Assembly (NCBI GenBank): GCA_947565445.1
Contig: CANOGC010000001.1
Span: 7,301 to 71,300 of the forward strand
DNA length: 64,000 nucleotides
Direction of reading: 5' to 3'
DNA from: an uncultured Clostridium sp.
GTDB lineage: Bacteria > Bacillota > Clostridia > TANB77 > CAG-508
The translations under genes and the position numbers were made by a program. The notes below the pieces were generated by a model that made no database searches, was not told the origin of the DNA, and saw only the letters and a program-made list of their open reading frames with translations. Below are positions 40,475-50,793 of the stretch, one piece after another; positions within the stretch are counted from its first letter, which is position 1; each line of letters starts with the position of its first letter.

Positions 40475-41182
40475 ATGAAAATAACTTTATCTAAAAATCC
40501 AAAAATGCAAGGACTATTAACAAAAGATTTATTGCAATTAAAAAACTATGAAAAAACTTTAATTTGTTTTATATTAATATTTAGTATTGTATCTATTTTA
40601 CAATCTTTAAGTGGTGGAGGAACAAATCTTTTTTCTGTGCTTCCAGTAATGATTACTATTGGATTTGGAATGTTTAGTATTGCTAGCTTTAATTATGATG
40701 AAGCAGCTAAAGCAGATAGATACATTAGAAGTTTACCAGTAAGTATAAAAGAAATTGTTTTGTCAAAGTATATTTTTACAATATGGTCTACTGTTATAGG
40801 AGCATTAATTGGAATATCATTATCAAGCATCCTTTTTGGATTATTTGCATTTGGCAAACCATTTACAACAAATGTACTAGAAATTTTATCAGTAACTCTA
40901 GGTGGAATATTAGGTATTAGTATAGTAGAAGCAATACAGATACCTTGTATATATAAATTTGGTGCAGAGAAAGCTAGAATGCAAATTTTTCTAATAATGG
41001 TTGTATTAATTGTTATAGCAAGTCTATTAATAGGAGGAGTACTTTATTGGCTAGAAAAATGGGCTATAGACATATATAAGCTTCAATTTCTTATTCCTTT
41101 TATATTTTTAGGATTGACAATACTTGTCTATAATATATCTTATAAAATAGCATATAAAATTTATGAAAAGAAAGAATTTTAA
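40475..41182 (+). CDS. ABC-2-type transporter permease
   Basis: About 6 TM segments. It follows the ATPase in the GntR-ABC operon, and the terminator at 41191-41218 follows it. Confidence 0.7.
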   Translation: MKITLSKNPKMQGLLTKDLLQLKNYEKTLICFILIFSIVSILQSLSGGGTNLFSVLPVMITIGFGMFSIASFNYDEAAKADRYIRSLPVSIKEIVLSKYIFTIWSTVIGALIGISLSSILFGLFAFGKPFTTNVLEILSVTLGGILGISIVEAIQIPCIYKFGAEKARMQIFLIMVVLIVIASLLIGGVLYWLEKWAIDIYKLQFLIPFIFLGLTILVYNISYKIAYKIYEKKEF

Positions 41183-41295
41183 TTTATAAAAGCAAGTAAT
41201 TGAATGTTACTTGCTTTTATGTTATGATTTAATCAAAATATAAAACAGAGCAAAAAGAGAAAATCGATAAAGTAAAAATAAAAGGGGAAATACAA

Positions 41296-43509
41296 ATGCT
41301 AAAATTAGAAAATGTATCAAAATTCTACTATAACAAAGGGATTATAGCATCAGGATTTACAAAGGTGAATTTGGAATTAAAAATTGGAGAGTTCGTTGCA
41401 ATAACAGGAGAGTCTGGAAGTGGAAAAAGTACACTTTTAAATGTAATATCTGGGCTAGATAGCTATGAAGAAGGAGAAATGTATATAAATGGACAAGAAA
41501 CTAGCCACTATTCTGAAAAAGAATTTGAAGATTATAGAAGAAAATATATAGCCAATATTTTTCAGAGCTTTAATTTGGTTAATAGTTATACTGTTTATCA
41601 AAATGTTGAGTTGGTTTTATTGTTAAATGGATATAAAAAATATGAAGTAAAGCAAAAAATATTAGATATTATAGACAAGGTTGGTCTTACAAAATTTAAA
41701 AATACAAAAGTATCTAAATTATCTGGGGGACAAAAGCAAAGAGTAGCAATAGCAAGAGCAATGGTAAAAGACACACCAATCATTGTTGCAGATGAACCAA
41801 CAGGAAATTTGGATTCAGAATCAGCAAATGAAGTTATAGAAATATTAAAAAAGGTTGCTAAAGACAAACTTGTGGTAGTAGTAACTCATAATATAGAACA
41901 AATAGAAGAGTATGCAACTAGAATCATAAAGATGCATGATGGTAGAATAATACAAAATACTGAAATAAAAGAAATAAAGAATGAACCACCAATAGAAGAA
42001 AGTATTTATAATAATATAAGCATATTTAATAAGTATAGATTAGGATTTAGAAATACATTTAATATAGCAACAAAATTTTTACTATTATTTGCAGTATTCT
42101 TTTTCTTAAGTTCAGCTATCCTTGCAGAATATGCAAGTTTTCAAATGTCAGAAGAACAACAAGATATATCAGGTTATAGTATAGGCTTTAATGATTTGTC
42201 AGAAAAAAGAGTTTTAATAAATAAGAAAGATAGGAATTATTTTACAGCAGAAGATTATGATAAAATAAAAGAATTATCGAATGTAGATTATATAGTAGAA
42301 GATGATTTTTTTATAGATGGAGGAGCAACTATTTCAAGAAATGATTTAAGTATGTATGGAAATATGTTAGATATAAATAATTTTAAAGGAGATATTAACT
42401 TTGGTAGAATGCCTGAAAATGAAGACGAAATTATTTTAAGAGTTACGAGTGATCATTTTTATATAAAAGAAAGATTAGATGAAGTATTAAATAAAACGTT
42501 TTCTATATTAAAATCTCAAGGAAGAAACTCATGGAATAGCGAAAAAGTTAGAGATGTAACAGTAGTAGGTATACAAACTTGTGAGAATGAAATAAATTAT
42601 GGATGTAAATTTTATGTTTCAAAAAGTATATTAAACACATTAAGAAGTGATATGAATAAAAATTACAGTAAAATGAAAATATTTTTAAACAACAAATTTT
42701 ACGAACAATATAGGGTAGAACCTAGTGATAAAGTAGAAAGTGGAAAAGCAATTGTTGATGATGAGTTTAAATATCAATTCAAAAATTATAAAATAAAAGA
42801 ACAACCTTTAAGTATCTATCTAAGTAATATTTATTATGAAGATGAATTGAATTTATCTATATCAAATACATATACAAAGTCAAATTTTAAAAAAGTAATA
42901 GGATTAGATAAATATGATACCAATAGATATACAATTTTTATTAACACAAATGATTATAATGCACTATATAATAAACCATCATATCAATCTAGTGTATATG
43001 TAAAAGATGAAAAAACAATAGACGATACATTAATGCAACTTGAAAAATTAGGGCTAAATCCTAAAAAGGTAACAGATTTTAAAGTAAACAATGGTGAAGC
43101 TGGTAAGAGGATAATAAAGATAATAAAAGTAATTGTAACAATAGTACTAATTATTGTATTATTCTTTATTTCTTATTTGATAATAAAAATAATATTAAAA
43201 TCAAGAAATATATACTATACAACATTAAGAATGTTAGGAGCTACTTATAAAAATATAAGAAGAATATTAGATATAGAGTTGTTTATTAATTCTACACTAT
43301 CATATGTGGTTTTACTGCTATTTATTTATCTTGTAAAAATAAATTTAATTAATTTAGAATATATAGCAAAACTAAGTGCCTTTTTATACGTAAGAGAGTA
43401 TGTATTAATGTATGTAATATTAGTTGTGATTTCAAGATTAATATCAATTAAATTTGCCAAGAAATTGTTTAAGAATACAGCAATAAATACATATAACGAG
43501 GAGGTGTAG
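41296..43509 (+). CDS. fused ABC ATPase / FtsX-type (MacB-like) permease
   Basis: N-terminal GESGSGKSTLLN, LSGGQKQRVAIARA and IIVADEPTGNLD. The C-terminal half has a large extracytoplasmic region and FtsX-like TM segments. Confidence 0.85.
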   Translation: MLKLENVSKFYYNKGIIASGFTKVNLELKIGEFVAITGESGSGKSTLLNVISGLDSYEEGEMYINGQETSHYSEKEFEDYRRKYIANIFQSFNLVNSYTVYQNVELVLLLNGYKKYEVKQKILDIIDKVGLTKFKNTKVSKLSGGQKQRVAIARAMVKDTPIIVADEPTGNLDSESANEVIEILKKVAKDKLVVVVTHNIEQIEEYATRIIKMHDGRIIQNTEIKEIKNEPPIEESIYNNISIFNKYRLGFRNTFNIATKFLLLFAVFFFLSSAILAEYASFQMSEEQQDISGYSIGFNDLSEKRVLINKKDRNYFTAEDYDKIKELSNVDYIVEDDFFIDGGATISRNDLSMYGNMLDINNFKGDINFGRMPENEDEIILRVTSDHFYIKERLDEVLNKTFSILKSQGRNSWNSEKVRDVTVVGIQTCENEINYGCKFYVSKSILNTLRSDMNKNYSKMKIFLNNKFYEQYRVEPSDKVESGKAIVDDEFKYQFKNYKIKEQPLSIYLSNIYYEDELNLSISNTYTKSNFKKVIGLDKYDTNRYTIFINTNDYNALYNKPSYQSSVYVKDEKTIDDTLMQLEKLGLNPKKVTDFKVNNGEAGKRIIKIIKVIVTIVLIIVLFFISYLIIKIILKSRNIYYTTLRMLGATYKNIRRILDIELFINSTLSYVVLLLFIYLVKINLINLEYIAKLSAFLYVREYVLMYVILVVISRLISIKFAKKLFKNTAINTYNEEV

Positions 43510-43513
43510 TAAT

Positions 43514-45964
43514 ATGATAAAAATAGAAAAAGTAAATAAGTATTTTAATAGAAGAAGAAAAAATGAAATTCATATTATTGATAATACCTCATTAGAACTT
43601 GAAGATAAAGGATTAGTAGCGATATTAGGACAATCAGGAAGTGGAAAAACTACACTTTTAAATGCAATTGGAGGTCTTGACAAAGTAAGTAATGGAAAGA
43701 TATATGTAAATGGTAAGAAAATAACAAAAAGAAGAGCTAATACTGTTGATAAAATAAGAAATTTGAATATAGGATATATATTTCAAGATTATAAATTAAT
43801 AGAAAATATGTCTGTGTTTGATAATATTGCTATCTCTCTAAGAATGATAGGATTAAAAAACAAAAAAGAAATAGAAAAAAGAGTTAAATACGTTTTAGAA
43901 GCAGTAAATATGTATAGATATAGGAATAGACCTGCTAATATGTTATCAGGAGGAGAAAAGCAAAGAGTTGCAATAGCAAGAGCAATAGTAAAGAATCCAA
44001 GTATTGTAATTGCAGATGAACCAACAGGAAATTTAGATAGTAAAAATTCATTAGAGATAATGAATATAATAAAAGCAATATCAAAAGAAAAACTAGTTAT
44101 TTTAGTAACGCACGAAGTAGATCTAGCAAAGTTTTATGCAACAAGAATAGTGGAAATTCAAGATGGTAAAGTAATAAATGATTACAAAAATGAAACAAAA
44201 GAATCTTTAGAATATAGATTAGAAAATAAGATTTATTTAAAAGATTTTAAAGACATTAATAATTTAAAAAATGAAAAATTTAATGTTAATATTTATTCAG
44301 ATGATGAGAATGACAAAATAGATGTAAATATAGTTATAAAAAATGGAAGTATTTTTATACAAGCAGAAAATCGTAAAGTTGAAGTAGTAGATGACAACTC
44401 ATCTATCGAACTTATAAATGGGCATTATCAAAAAATAGATAAAAGCATATATGAAAAACATAAATATAATTTAGATGATGTAATAGATACAAAATACAAA
44501 GCAAAATATAGTTCAATATATGGATTTTTTAAATCAATAAGAGTTGGGTTTAATAGAATTTTAAATTATACAGTATTAAAGAAAATATTACTTTTAGGAT
44601 TTTTAGCATCAGCAATGTTTATAGTATATAGCGTAGCTAACATTGCAGGAATTACAAATATAAAAGAATCAGATTACATTAAAATAGATAGAAATTATCT
44701 TTATGTAGACATGGCAAAAGTAAATGTAGAAGACTATGTTAAATATGAAAAATTAGAAGATGTAGATTATATGATACCAGGAGACGGAAATGCAAGTTTT
44801 AAAATAAAAATGGATACATATTATCAGTTATCTAATTATTCATTTGAACTTTCTGGTTCTCTTGTCGATATTGGTAAAGTAAATGAAGCACTATTAATAA
44901 AAGGAAGAATGCCACAAAATGAATATGAAATTGTAATAGATAAAAAAATTATAAATAATATGCTTCATAGTGATTTTTCGTCATTTGCAAGTATGGGGAT
45001 AAAAAGTGAAGATGAATTAATAGATAAGATTGTAACTATAGACGATATGAAAGAATTTAAAATAGTAGGATTTACCGATAATAATACAGAATCTATTTAC
45101 ATGAGCAAAAATTTATTTATAAATATATTAAACAATATGACACAAAGTACATTTGGAATGGGCATTTATTCTGATCAAGAAAGTAATGCAGATATAAATG
45201 TTAAAGACTATAACTTGTATTTAGATGATATAATCATAACAAAAGGAAGATTGCCAGAAAATGATTATGAAGTAATAGTAAATAAAGCATATCAAGAAGA
45301 AATGAAATTAAATAAACAGATAAAGGTTGCAGTAAATGGAAAAGAACTAACTGTTGTAGGGTTTTATGATAGTAAAACAAATAGGCAGGACTATTTAGTA
45401 AATAATAATACTGTAAAATATGACGTTATTTCAAAGAAAAATGGATTTATGATATATCCTAAAAATAAAATGAGCATGATGAATAAATTTCAAAACGAAT
45501 ATCGTTTAAATATTATAGATAGATTTGAAAAAGATAAACAAGACTACATTAAAAGCAAGAATGATGAAATAAAAAGTAGTGTGATATTTGCTGGAGTAAT
45601 ACTTGCAATATCATTAACAGAAATATATTTAATGATTAGATCTTCATTCCTATCAAGAATAAAAGAAATAGGAGTATTAAGGGCGATAGGAGTAAAGAAG
45701 ATGGATATATATAGAATGTTTGTAGGAGAAATTATAGCAATTACAACAAGTGCAAGTTTACCAGGAATTGTTCTTATGACATATATACTAAGTCAAGTGT
45801 CAAAAATTCCTTATGTAGATAGAATGTTTAGTATAAACATTAATACTATAGGAATTAGTATTTGTATTATATATCTATTTAATATAATAGTAGGACTTGC
45901 TCCATTATACAAAGTTCTTAGAAAAACACCTGCAAGAATACTTGCAAGACATGATGTAGAATAA
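43514..45964 (+). CDS. fused ABC ATPase / FtsX-type (MacB-like) permease, second copy
   Basis: GQSGSGKTTLLN, LSGGEKQRVAIARA and IVIADEPTGNLD. The C-terminal FtsX-like block is (IKEIGVLRAIGVKKMDIYRMF). Confidence 0.85.
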   Translation: MIKIEKVNKYFNRRRKNEIHIIDNTSLELEDKGLVAILGQSGSGKTTLLNAIGGLDKVSNGKIYVNGKKITKRRANTVDKIRNLNIGYIFQDYKLIENMSVFDNIAISLRMIGLKNKKEIEKRVKYVLEAVNMYRYRNRPANMLSGGEKQRVAIARAIVKNPSIVIADEPTGNLDSKNSLEIMNIIKAISKEKLVILVTHEVDLAKFYATRIVEIQDGKVINDYKNETKESLEYRLENKIYLKDFKDINNLKNEKFNVNIYSDDENDKIDVNIVIKNGSIFIQAENRKVEVVDDNSSIELINGHYQKIDKSIYEKHKYNLDDVIDTKYKAKYSSIYGFFKSIRVGFNRILNYTVLKKILLLGFLASAMFIVYSVANIAGITNIKESDYIKIDRNYLYVDMAKVNVEDYVKYEKLEDVDYMIPGDGNASFKIKMDTYYQLSNYSFELSGSLVDIGKVNEALLIKGRMPQNEYEIVIDKKIINNMLHSDFSSFASMGIKSEDELIDKIVTIDDMKEFKIVGFTDNNTESIYMSKNLFINILNNMTQSTFGMGIYSDQESNADINVKDYNLYLDDIIITKGRLPENDYEVIVNKAYQEEMKLNKQIKVAVNGKELTVVGFYDSKTNRQDYLVNNNTVKYDVISKKNGFMIYPKNKMSMMNKFQNEYRLNIIDRFEKDKQDYIKSKNDEIKSSVIFAGVILAISLTEIYLMIRSSFLSRIKEIGVLRAIGVKKMDIYRMFVGEIIAITTSASLPGIVLMTYILSQVSKIPYVDRMFSININTIGISICIIYLFNIIVGLAPLYKVLRKTPARILARHDVE

Positions 45965-46072
45965 CAATGTATACACATACTATCTAAAAGTAAAGAAGAA
46001 TAGTTTTATGCTATTCTTTTTTCTTAATCTATGTTATAGTATATGTGAAAGTAAAAGAGGAGGAAATTGTCT

Positions 46073-47311
46073 ATGAAGAAAAAAGTTTTGTTTGTGATAA
46101 TACTAATTGTTATAATGGTAGTAGGTATATCTATAGGAGTAAAAATATATACTGCTAATGAAAGAGAAAGAATTAAAGAAGCAAATATTGAAGCAAAAGA
46201 AAATAGTAACCAAATGACTTATATTAATGGAAAGAGTATAAAAGATTTACCAAAGGAGATTCCAATAGAATATGCTGTAAATGAAGGATATTTTGTATAT
46301 GACGGAAGTAAAGATAATAGTATAGTATACAATAAAGATGTTTTAGATAGGTTTATTATAAATACTAGAGTTGGAGCGACAAATAGAATAGCTGATAAAA
46401 TAAGAATAGTAGTATATAATTATGATGGTTACCCAACAATATATGATTTAGAGTATAAAATTTTTGAAGAAACATACATAAATGAAGAACAAAAAGAAGT
46501 ACACAAATCAGGATATATTTTAACTACTGATGAAACTAGAAACAATATTATTCCAAGAGATATATTTGTAAATGATGATATTCCAGGACAGTTTTATGGC
46601 ATTAAAATAATAGAAGACGAAGGAGTAAATGCTGCAAGTATTTCATTATGCTTATATGCTGAGATAGATTATATTGATTCTAGTATAGAACCATATAAAC
46701 ATATAGAAATTGCAAGATATTTACTGGATTCAAAAGTAGTAAATAAAAAAACAAGTGAAACTATAAATATACAAGGACTTGTTGAATTAAAACGTAAAAA
46801 TTTCATATATATATTTAATGGACAACATTTTGGAGAATTAGGTTATGAAATTGAAGAATATACATCAGCAAATATTGATATTAAAAATCAAACTTGTATT
46901 GATTATTTAACTTTAGAAGAACACGATATTAATTATATAGAAGAAGGAGATTTATTAATATGTACAGGAAATTTCACTAAAAAAGAAATTAGTGATTTTG
47001 ATACGCAAAACAATGCAATCACTGTATTAAAAGCGAAAGATTATGATATAATGAAACGAAATGCTTTAAATGCAAATACAGATATAACAGCAGGTTGGAT
47101 ATACAAAGAGGAAGGATATATGTATTTAAAATATGATATAAAAGATAATACTTATCCAGATAAAACATATCATTTTCCATTTATTCAAAAAGCTTATATA
47201 ACAAAGAATACTGAAATAATAGGAGAGCTAGAAAAGGGAAAAAACGTAAAAGTACAATATGATGATTCGAAGGATACTCTAGAATTGAAAAAAATAATTG
47301 TTATAGAATAG
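46073..47311 (+). CDS. membrane-anchored hypothetical protein
   Basis: N-terminal TM segment and a large extracellular domain. No motif recognised. Confidence 0.45.
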   Translation: MKKKVLFVIILIVIMVVGISIGVKIYTANERERIKEANIEAKENSNQMTYINGKSIKDLPKEIPIEYAVNEGYFVYDGSKDNSIVYNKDVLDRFIINTRVGATNRIADKIRIVVYNYDGYPTIYDLEYKIFEETYINEEQKEVHKSGYILTTDETRNNIIPRDIFVNDDIPGQFYGIKIIEDEGVNAASISLCLYAEIDYIDSSIEPYKHIEIARYLLDSKVVNKKTSETINIQGLVELKRKNFIYIFNGQHFGELGYEIEEYTSANIDIKNQTCIDYLTLEEHDINYIEEGDLLICTGNFTKKEISDFDTQNNAITVLKAKDYDIMKRNALNANTDITAGWIYKEEGYMYLKYDIKDNTYPDKTYHFPFIQKAYITKNTEIIGELEKGKNVKVQYDDSKDTLELKKIIVIE

Positions 47312-47326
47312 AGATAGGAGAAAAGA

Positions 47327-48403
47327 ATGAAAAAGATAATTGGTAAAGTAAAATCTAATATATTACTTTATACTTGTATTTATATAGTGGTTTTTGCAAT
47401 ATCTAAAATTTCATTAAATAAGTTAAATTTAGAATATATGCAATACATATACAAATTTTCCCTTTTTGTAATAGTTATTGGATTAATATCAGGATTAATA
47501 CAAATAGCACATAAAAGTCAATCTAAAATAGTGAAAGTAAGTGTAGGTTTATCAATGACAGTACTAGTAGTTTTAGGTACTATATTTGTTCAAATCATTC
47601 TATTACTTTATGTTGCATATTTTCCACCAGAACATGTTGTAGAAAAAGAAAACGGAAAAATGGTTGGATATGTATATGGTTTTCTAAGAACTAGAGTAGA
47701 TTATTACGAATATATTAATTTTTTTCTAAGAGGCGAGAATATCGAATTTAGCGAAGATTATGGAAAAGGAGGATTTGATCCGATAGAAGATCCTAATATT
47801 CGTACAGTTCAAGGTTATACGTATTACGATAAAAACGGAAAAGCAATTAATCATGAGTATATAGAACAAACTACTGAGCAAGAACCTAAACAAGAAGAGC
47901 AAAAGGGAGAAGAGCAACGACCATTTAATTACGAAGATGGTTATGAAATATTCTTTAATGAAAAAGAAGCTTGTAGAGTAGATGTAGTTGATTGGGCAAT
48001 GGGAAAAGAAGCAATAAAGGTTTATACTACAAATGATGGAGAAAATTGGAATTCTCAGTTAGAAACAGAAAATGAAATTATGTGGGTTCATTATAATTCT
48101 AAATTCTTATTTATAAATACTAAAATTGGTTTTATATATGATCCTGGAAGAGATGGAGATTCAGAAGACTATTCTACTCTACAAGTGACGACCAATGGAG
48201 GAAAAAGCTATCAAAATTGCAACATAATACATCCTACAAACATTGCAGAAAAGAATTTACTAATTAAAGATTTACCTATTTATGAAGAAGGAATATTAAA
48301 ATTAACAATATACACATTAAATCATAGCAAAGAACCTAAAAGAACATATTATGAATTCATTAGTAATGATGGGATAGAGTGGAAGTATAATAAAGAATTA
48401 TAA
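47327..48403 (+). CDS. hypothetical membrane protein
   Basis: 358-aa ORF with 3-4 N-terminal TM segments and a C-terminal soluble domain. A bidirectional terminator follows at about 48415-48445. Confidence 0.45.
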   Translation: MKKIIGKVKSNILLYTCIYIVVFAISKISLNKLNLEYMQYIYKFSLFVIVIGLISGLIQIAHKSQSKIVKVSVGLSMTVLVVLGTIFVQIILLLYVAYFPPEHVVEKENGKMVGYVYGFLRTRVDYYEYINFFLRGENIEFSEDYGKGGFDPIEDPNIRTVQGYTYYDKNGKAINHEYIEQTTEQEPKQEEQKGEEQRPFNYEDGYEIFFNEKEACRVDVVDWAMGKEAIKVYTTNDGENWNSQLETENEIMWVHYNSKFLFINTKIGFIYDPGRDGDSEDYSTLQVTTNGGKSYQNCNIIHPTNIAEKNLLIKDLPIYEEGILKLTIYTLNHSKEPKRTYYEFISNDGIEWKYNKEL

Positions 48404-48445
48404 AAATTATTAAAAGCAAAGTTTAGATATGTTCTAACTTTGCTT

Positions 48446-48829
48446 TTAAGTATTCCATAACATCTCAGCAGAAAATTGTTTTTTTAACTCATTTGAAGTT
48501 ATACTATATTCAAAATTACTACCAATATGATTAGGAATTGAGAATAAAAGTTTATTCTTAAAATCATTTAAAATTCTATAAATTTTGTTTTCGTAAGAAT
48601 GGTCAAAAACGATAAAATTAAAGGAATCTAAATTAATTAATTTTTTCAAATACAATTTACTATTAGAATGATCTAAAGGTATAAAGCAACTATAAAAAGT
48701 TTCATCTAGCTTTAAAAGGAGAACACCTAAAAGCATATCTTTAAATTGCATCTTTTTAAATTTAAACTCTATATTATCAAACTTCTTTTCTGATTTCATT
48801 CCTAAACTAATTCCACCGAAGCTCATCAT
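48446..48829 (-). CDS. hypothetical protein (the only supported minus-strand gene in the element; possible N-terminal extension via CGG +1 shift)
   Basis: 127-aa ORF whose ATG ATG has no RBS. An upstream RBS-preceded ORF in the -1 frame ends ...DDEL-CGG, and skipping that C (minus-strand CGG = plus 48816-48818) joins it to GGISLGMK... Confidence 0.4.
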   Translation of the reverse strand: MMSFGGISLGMKSEKKFDNIEFKFKKMQFKDMLLGVLLLKLDETFYSCFIPLDHSNSKLYLKKLINLDSFNFIVFDHSYENKIYRILNDFKNKLLFSIPNHIGSNFEYSITSNELKKQFSAEMLWNT

Positions 48830-49408
48830 CTAATAAAACTAGGGTTTCTGAAGCTAAAGAATCAAGTTCAGTAATTTTACATATACCATTCACTATATTC
48901 ACCTACCTTGTAATAGAACAATTATAACACATAAAGAATCAATTTTCTATATATGTTTACCATATTTTGCAGTAAAGAAAAAATATATTTCATATAAAAG
49001 TGGAAAAAAGAGGCTAAATATCAACGATAAAAAAGTTTTATTTCTTATATTTTCAATATTATATAATAGTAGTAAAATAAAGATGTATTTAAAACAAAGG
49101 ATAGAATAAGAAATTAATCTTATTCTATTACCTAAACAGTACACTAAAATGTACGAGAATTAGGTTTAAGGCATTTTTATAATGCTAGTAGACTTGTTTT
49201 ATGCAAGTGTAGTTTTAAAAAGCACAAGCTTTAAAATAATGACTTTATTTGGTGTGCTTAAATTTTTTAGTAAGGTAAGAGATTAGTGAAGATATTGCCC
49301 CCAATAATCTTTGCTATTTTTTTGCCTTTTTATTTTTATATGAAGGGAGGATTCAGAGTTAAATCCTTGTTTTAAATACGATAATTGAGAAAAGAAAGGA
49401 GAAAAAAT

Positions 49409-49660
49409 ATGGGATTTATCTCAAAGAAGAGAAAATTTAATATATTTCAAAAGAAAGATATTGAAAGAGAATTTGCTTCAGAGATAGTTGAAATTTTTGA
49501 AGAAAAACTTGAAAATTTGAATGTAACTCTACCAGGCATTATAAAAAATGATGAAGATAAAGATAAAAGAATAAAAAGTAGAGTTAAAAATGAATTAATT
49601 GCTGAAATTGAAGATTTTATATATGCTAATAAAAACGTATTGACTAAAAAAACAGCATAA
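49409..49660 (+). CDS. hypothetical small protein
   Basis: ATG preceded by aaaggag. 83 aa, no motif recognised. Confidence 0.4.
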   Translation: MGFISKKRKFNIFQKKDIEREFASEIVEIFEEKLENLNVTLPGIIKNDEDKDKRIKSRVKNELIAEIEDFIYANKNVLTKKTA

Positions 49661-49678
49661 AAGAAAAGAGGGAATAAA

Positions 49679-50593
49679 ATGCAAGGAAACAGTAATAATG
49701 TAATAGGAAATGTACGAAGTGGTACTAGAGGAGAAAAAGATAATCCTGTTAAACTAGCATATTTTGATGTTCATACCGACAATTCGACATCAGAACTTTC
49801 TGTTGAGATATTTAATGAAAAATATCACCAACCTAACAAATTAAAGATACAGTTTGCTAATCAAAACCCAATGAAAATTGGATACCAAATGTATGAAGGA
49901 AAAAAGCTAAAATGCTATGGTAATGGAAAAGAAGCCAGAGAATTAGATGATAAAGGAAAAAGAAAAACAATACAATGTAGTGAAACAGATTGCATTCATA
50001 GAAAAAATGGAAAATGCAAAAAAGTTGGTAGATTATATTTTGTTATTGATAAACTAAAAGATGAAGGCATTTGGTGTTACCCAATGGGAAGTGAAGAAGG
50101 GATAGAAAATGTAAGTAGAAGAATTGAAAGAGCTAATAGATTAGGAATAGATCTAACTAATGATTGGTATGAACTATATTTGAGAGCTAAAGATACAATA
50201 AAAGGAAAAAATTACATTCCAGATATAAAGAAAATAGAAGCAACCAATATGGAAAATAAAGAAACACATACAAAAGGGTTATCAAACATTAATAATGAAG
50301 ATAATAAAAAAGAACAACCTAAACAGCAAAAGAACAATTATTTAAAAATTATAGGATTTCAAAAAGTAAAATATGAAGATAAAGAAGTACCTAAAATAAT
50401 ATGTATTGATACAAGCTCTAAGAAACAAGAGCTTATTTTAATGCCTGAAAGCAAACAAGATATATTAAAAGTGAAAGCAGAAAGTATTATTTTACCATTA
50501 AGCATAAGTACAAGGGAAAATTATGCAATACTAAATGATTATACAATAGTAAAAGCTATAACAGAAAATATGGAAAATAAAAAAGTGAGCTAA
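49679..50593 (+). CDS. hypothetical protein with Cys cluster (C-x9-C ... C-x4-C-x8-C)
   Basis: 304-aa ORF. The N-terminal 170 aa look globular (KLKCYGNGKEARELDD...CSETDCIHRKNGKC), followed by a low-complexity linker. Confidence 0.4.
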   Translation: MQGNSNNVIGNVRSGTRGEKDNPVKLAYFDVHTDNSTSELSVEIFNEKYHQPNKLKIQFANQNPMKIGYQMYEGKKLKCYGNGKEARELDDKGKRKTIQCSETDCIHRKNGKCKKVGRLYFVIDKLKDEGIWCYPMGSEEGIENVSRRIERANRLGIDLTNDWYELYLRAKDTIKGKNYIPDIKKIEATNMENKETHTKGLSNINNEDNKKEQPKQQKNNYLKIIGFQKVKYEDKEVPKIICIDTSSKKQELILMPESKQDILKVKAESIILPLSISTRENYAILNDYTIVKAITENMENKKVS

Positions 50594-50628
50594 TGGCTTA
50601 AAATGTTAAATAAGAAAGGATAATTTAT

Positions 50629-50793
50629 ATGTTAAAAATAATAAAAAAAATATTTATAATAAGTTTAATCTTACTTATCCAATTTCTAGTTGTAATCTAT
50701 AAAATATTGTCTAAGTTTTGGAAGAAAAACAGTACTGATATTAAAGAGTTTGTAAAAAAATTAGACCAAGAATTAAGAGTTGAATTACAATGA
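50629..50793 (+). CDS. hypothetical 54-aa single-TM peptide
   Basis: RBS aaagga. MLKIIKKIFIISLILLIQFLVVIYKIL... The stop overlaps the next start (ATGA). Confidence 0.35.
   Translation: MLKIIKKIFIISLILLIQFLVVIYKILSKFWKKNSTDIKEFVKKLDQELRVELQ

Noticed and set aside
48947-49144. 65-aa minus-strand ORF in the long intergenic region.
   Set aside because: It is low-complexity and hydrophobic, has no RBS, and lies in an AT-rich non-coding stretch.
48830-49408. Search by eye for an element-encoded tRNA, such as a frameshift suppressor, in the larger intergenic regions (12150-12810, 38166-38322, 48830-49408).
   Set aside because: No cloverleaf-like arrangement or T-loop (GTTCRANYC) consensus was seen. 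This is an eye scan only, so tRNAscan-SE or ARAGORN should still be run.
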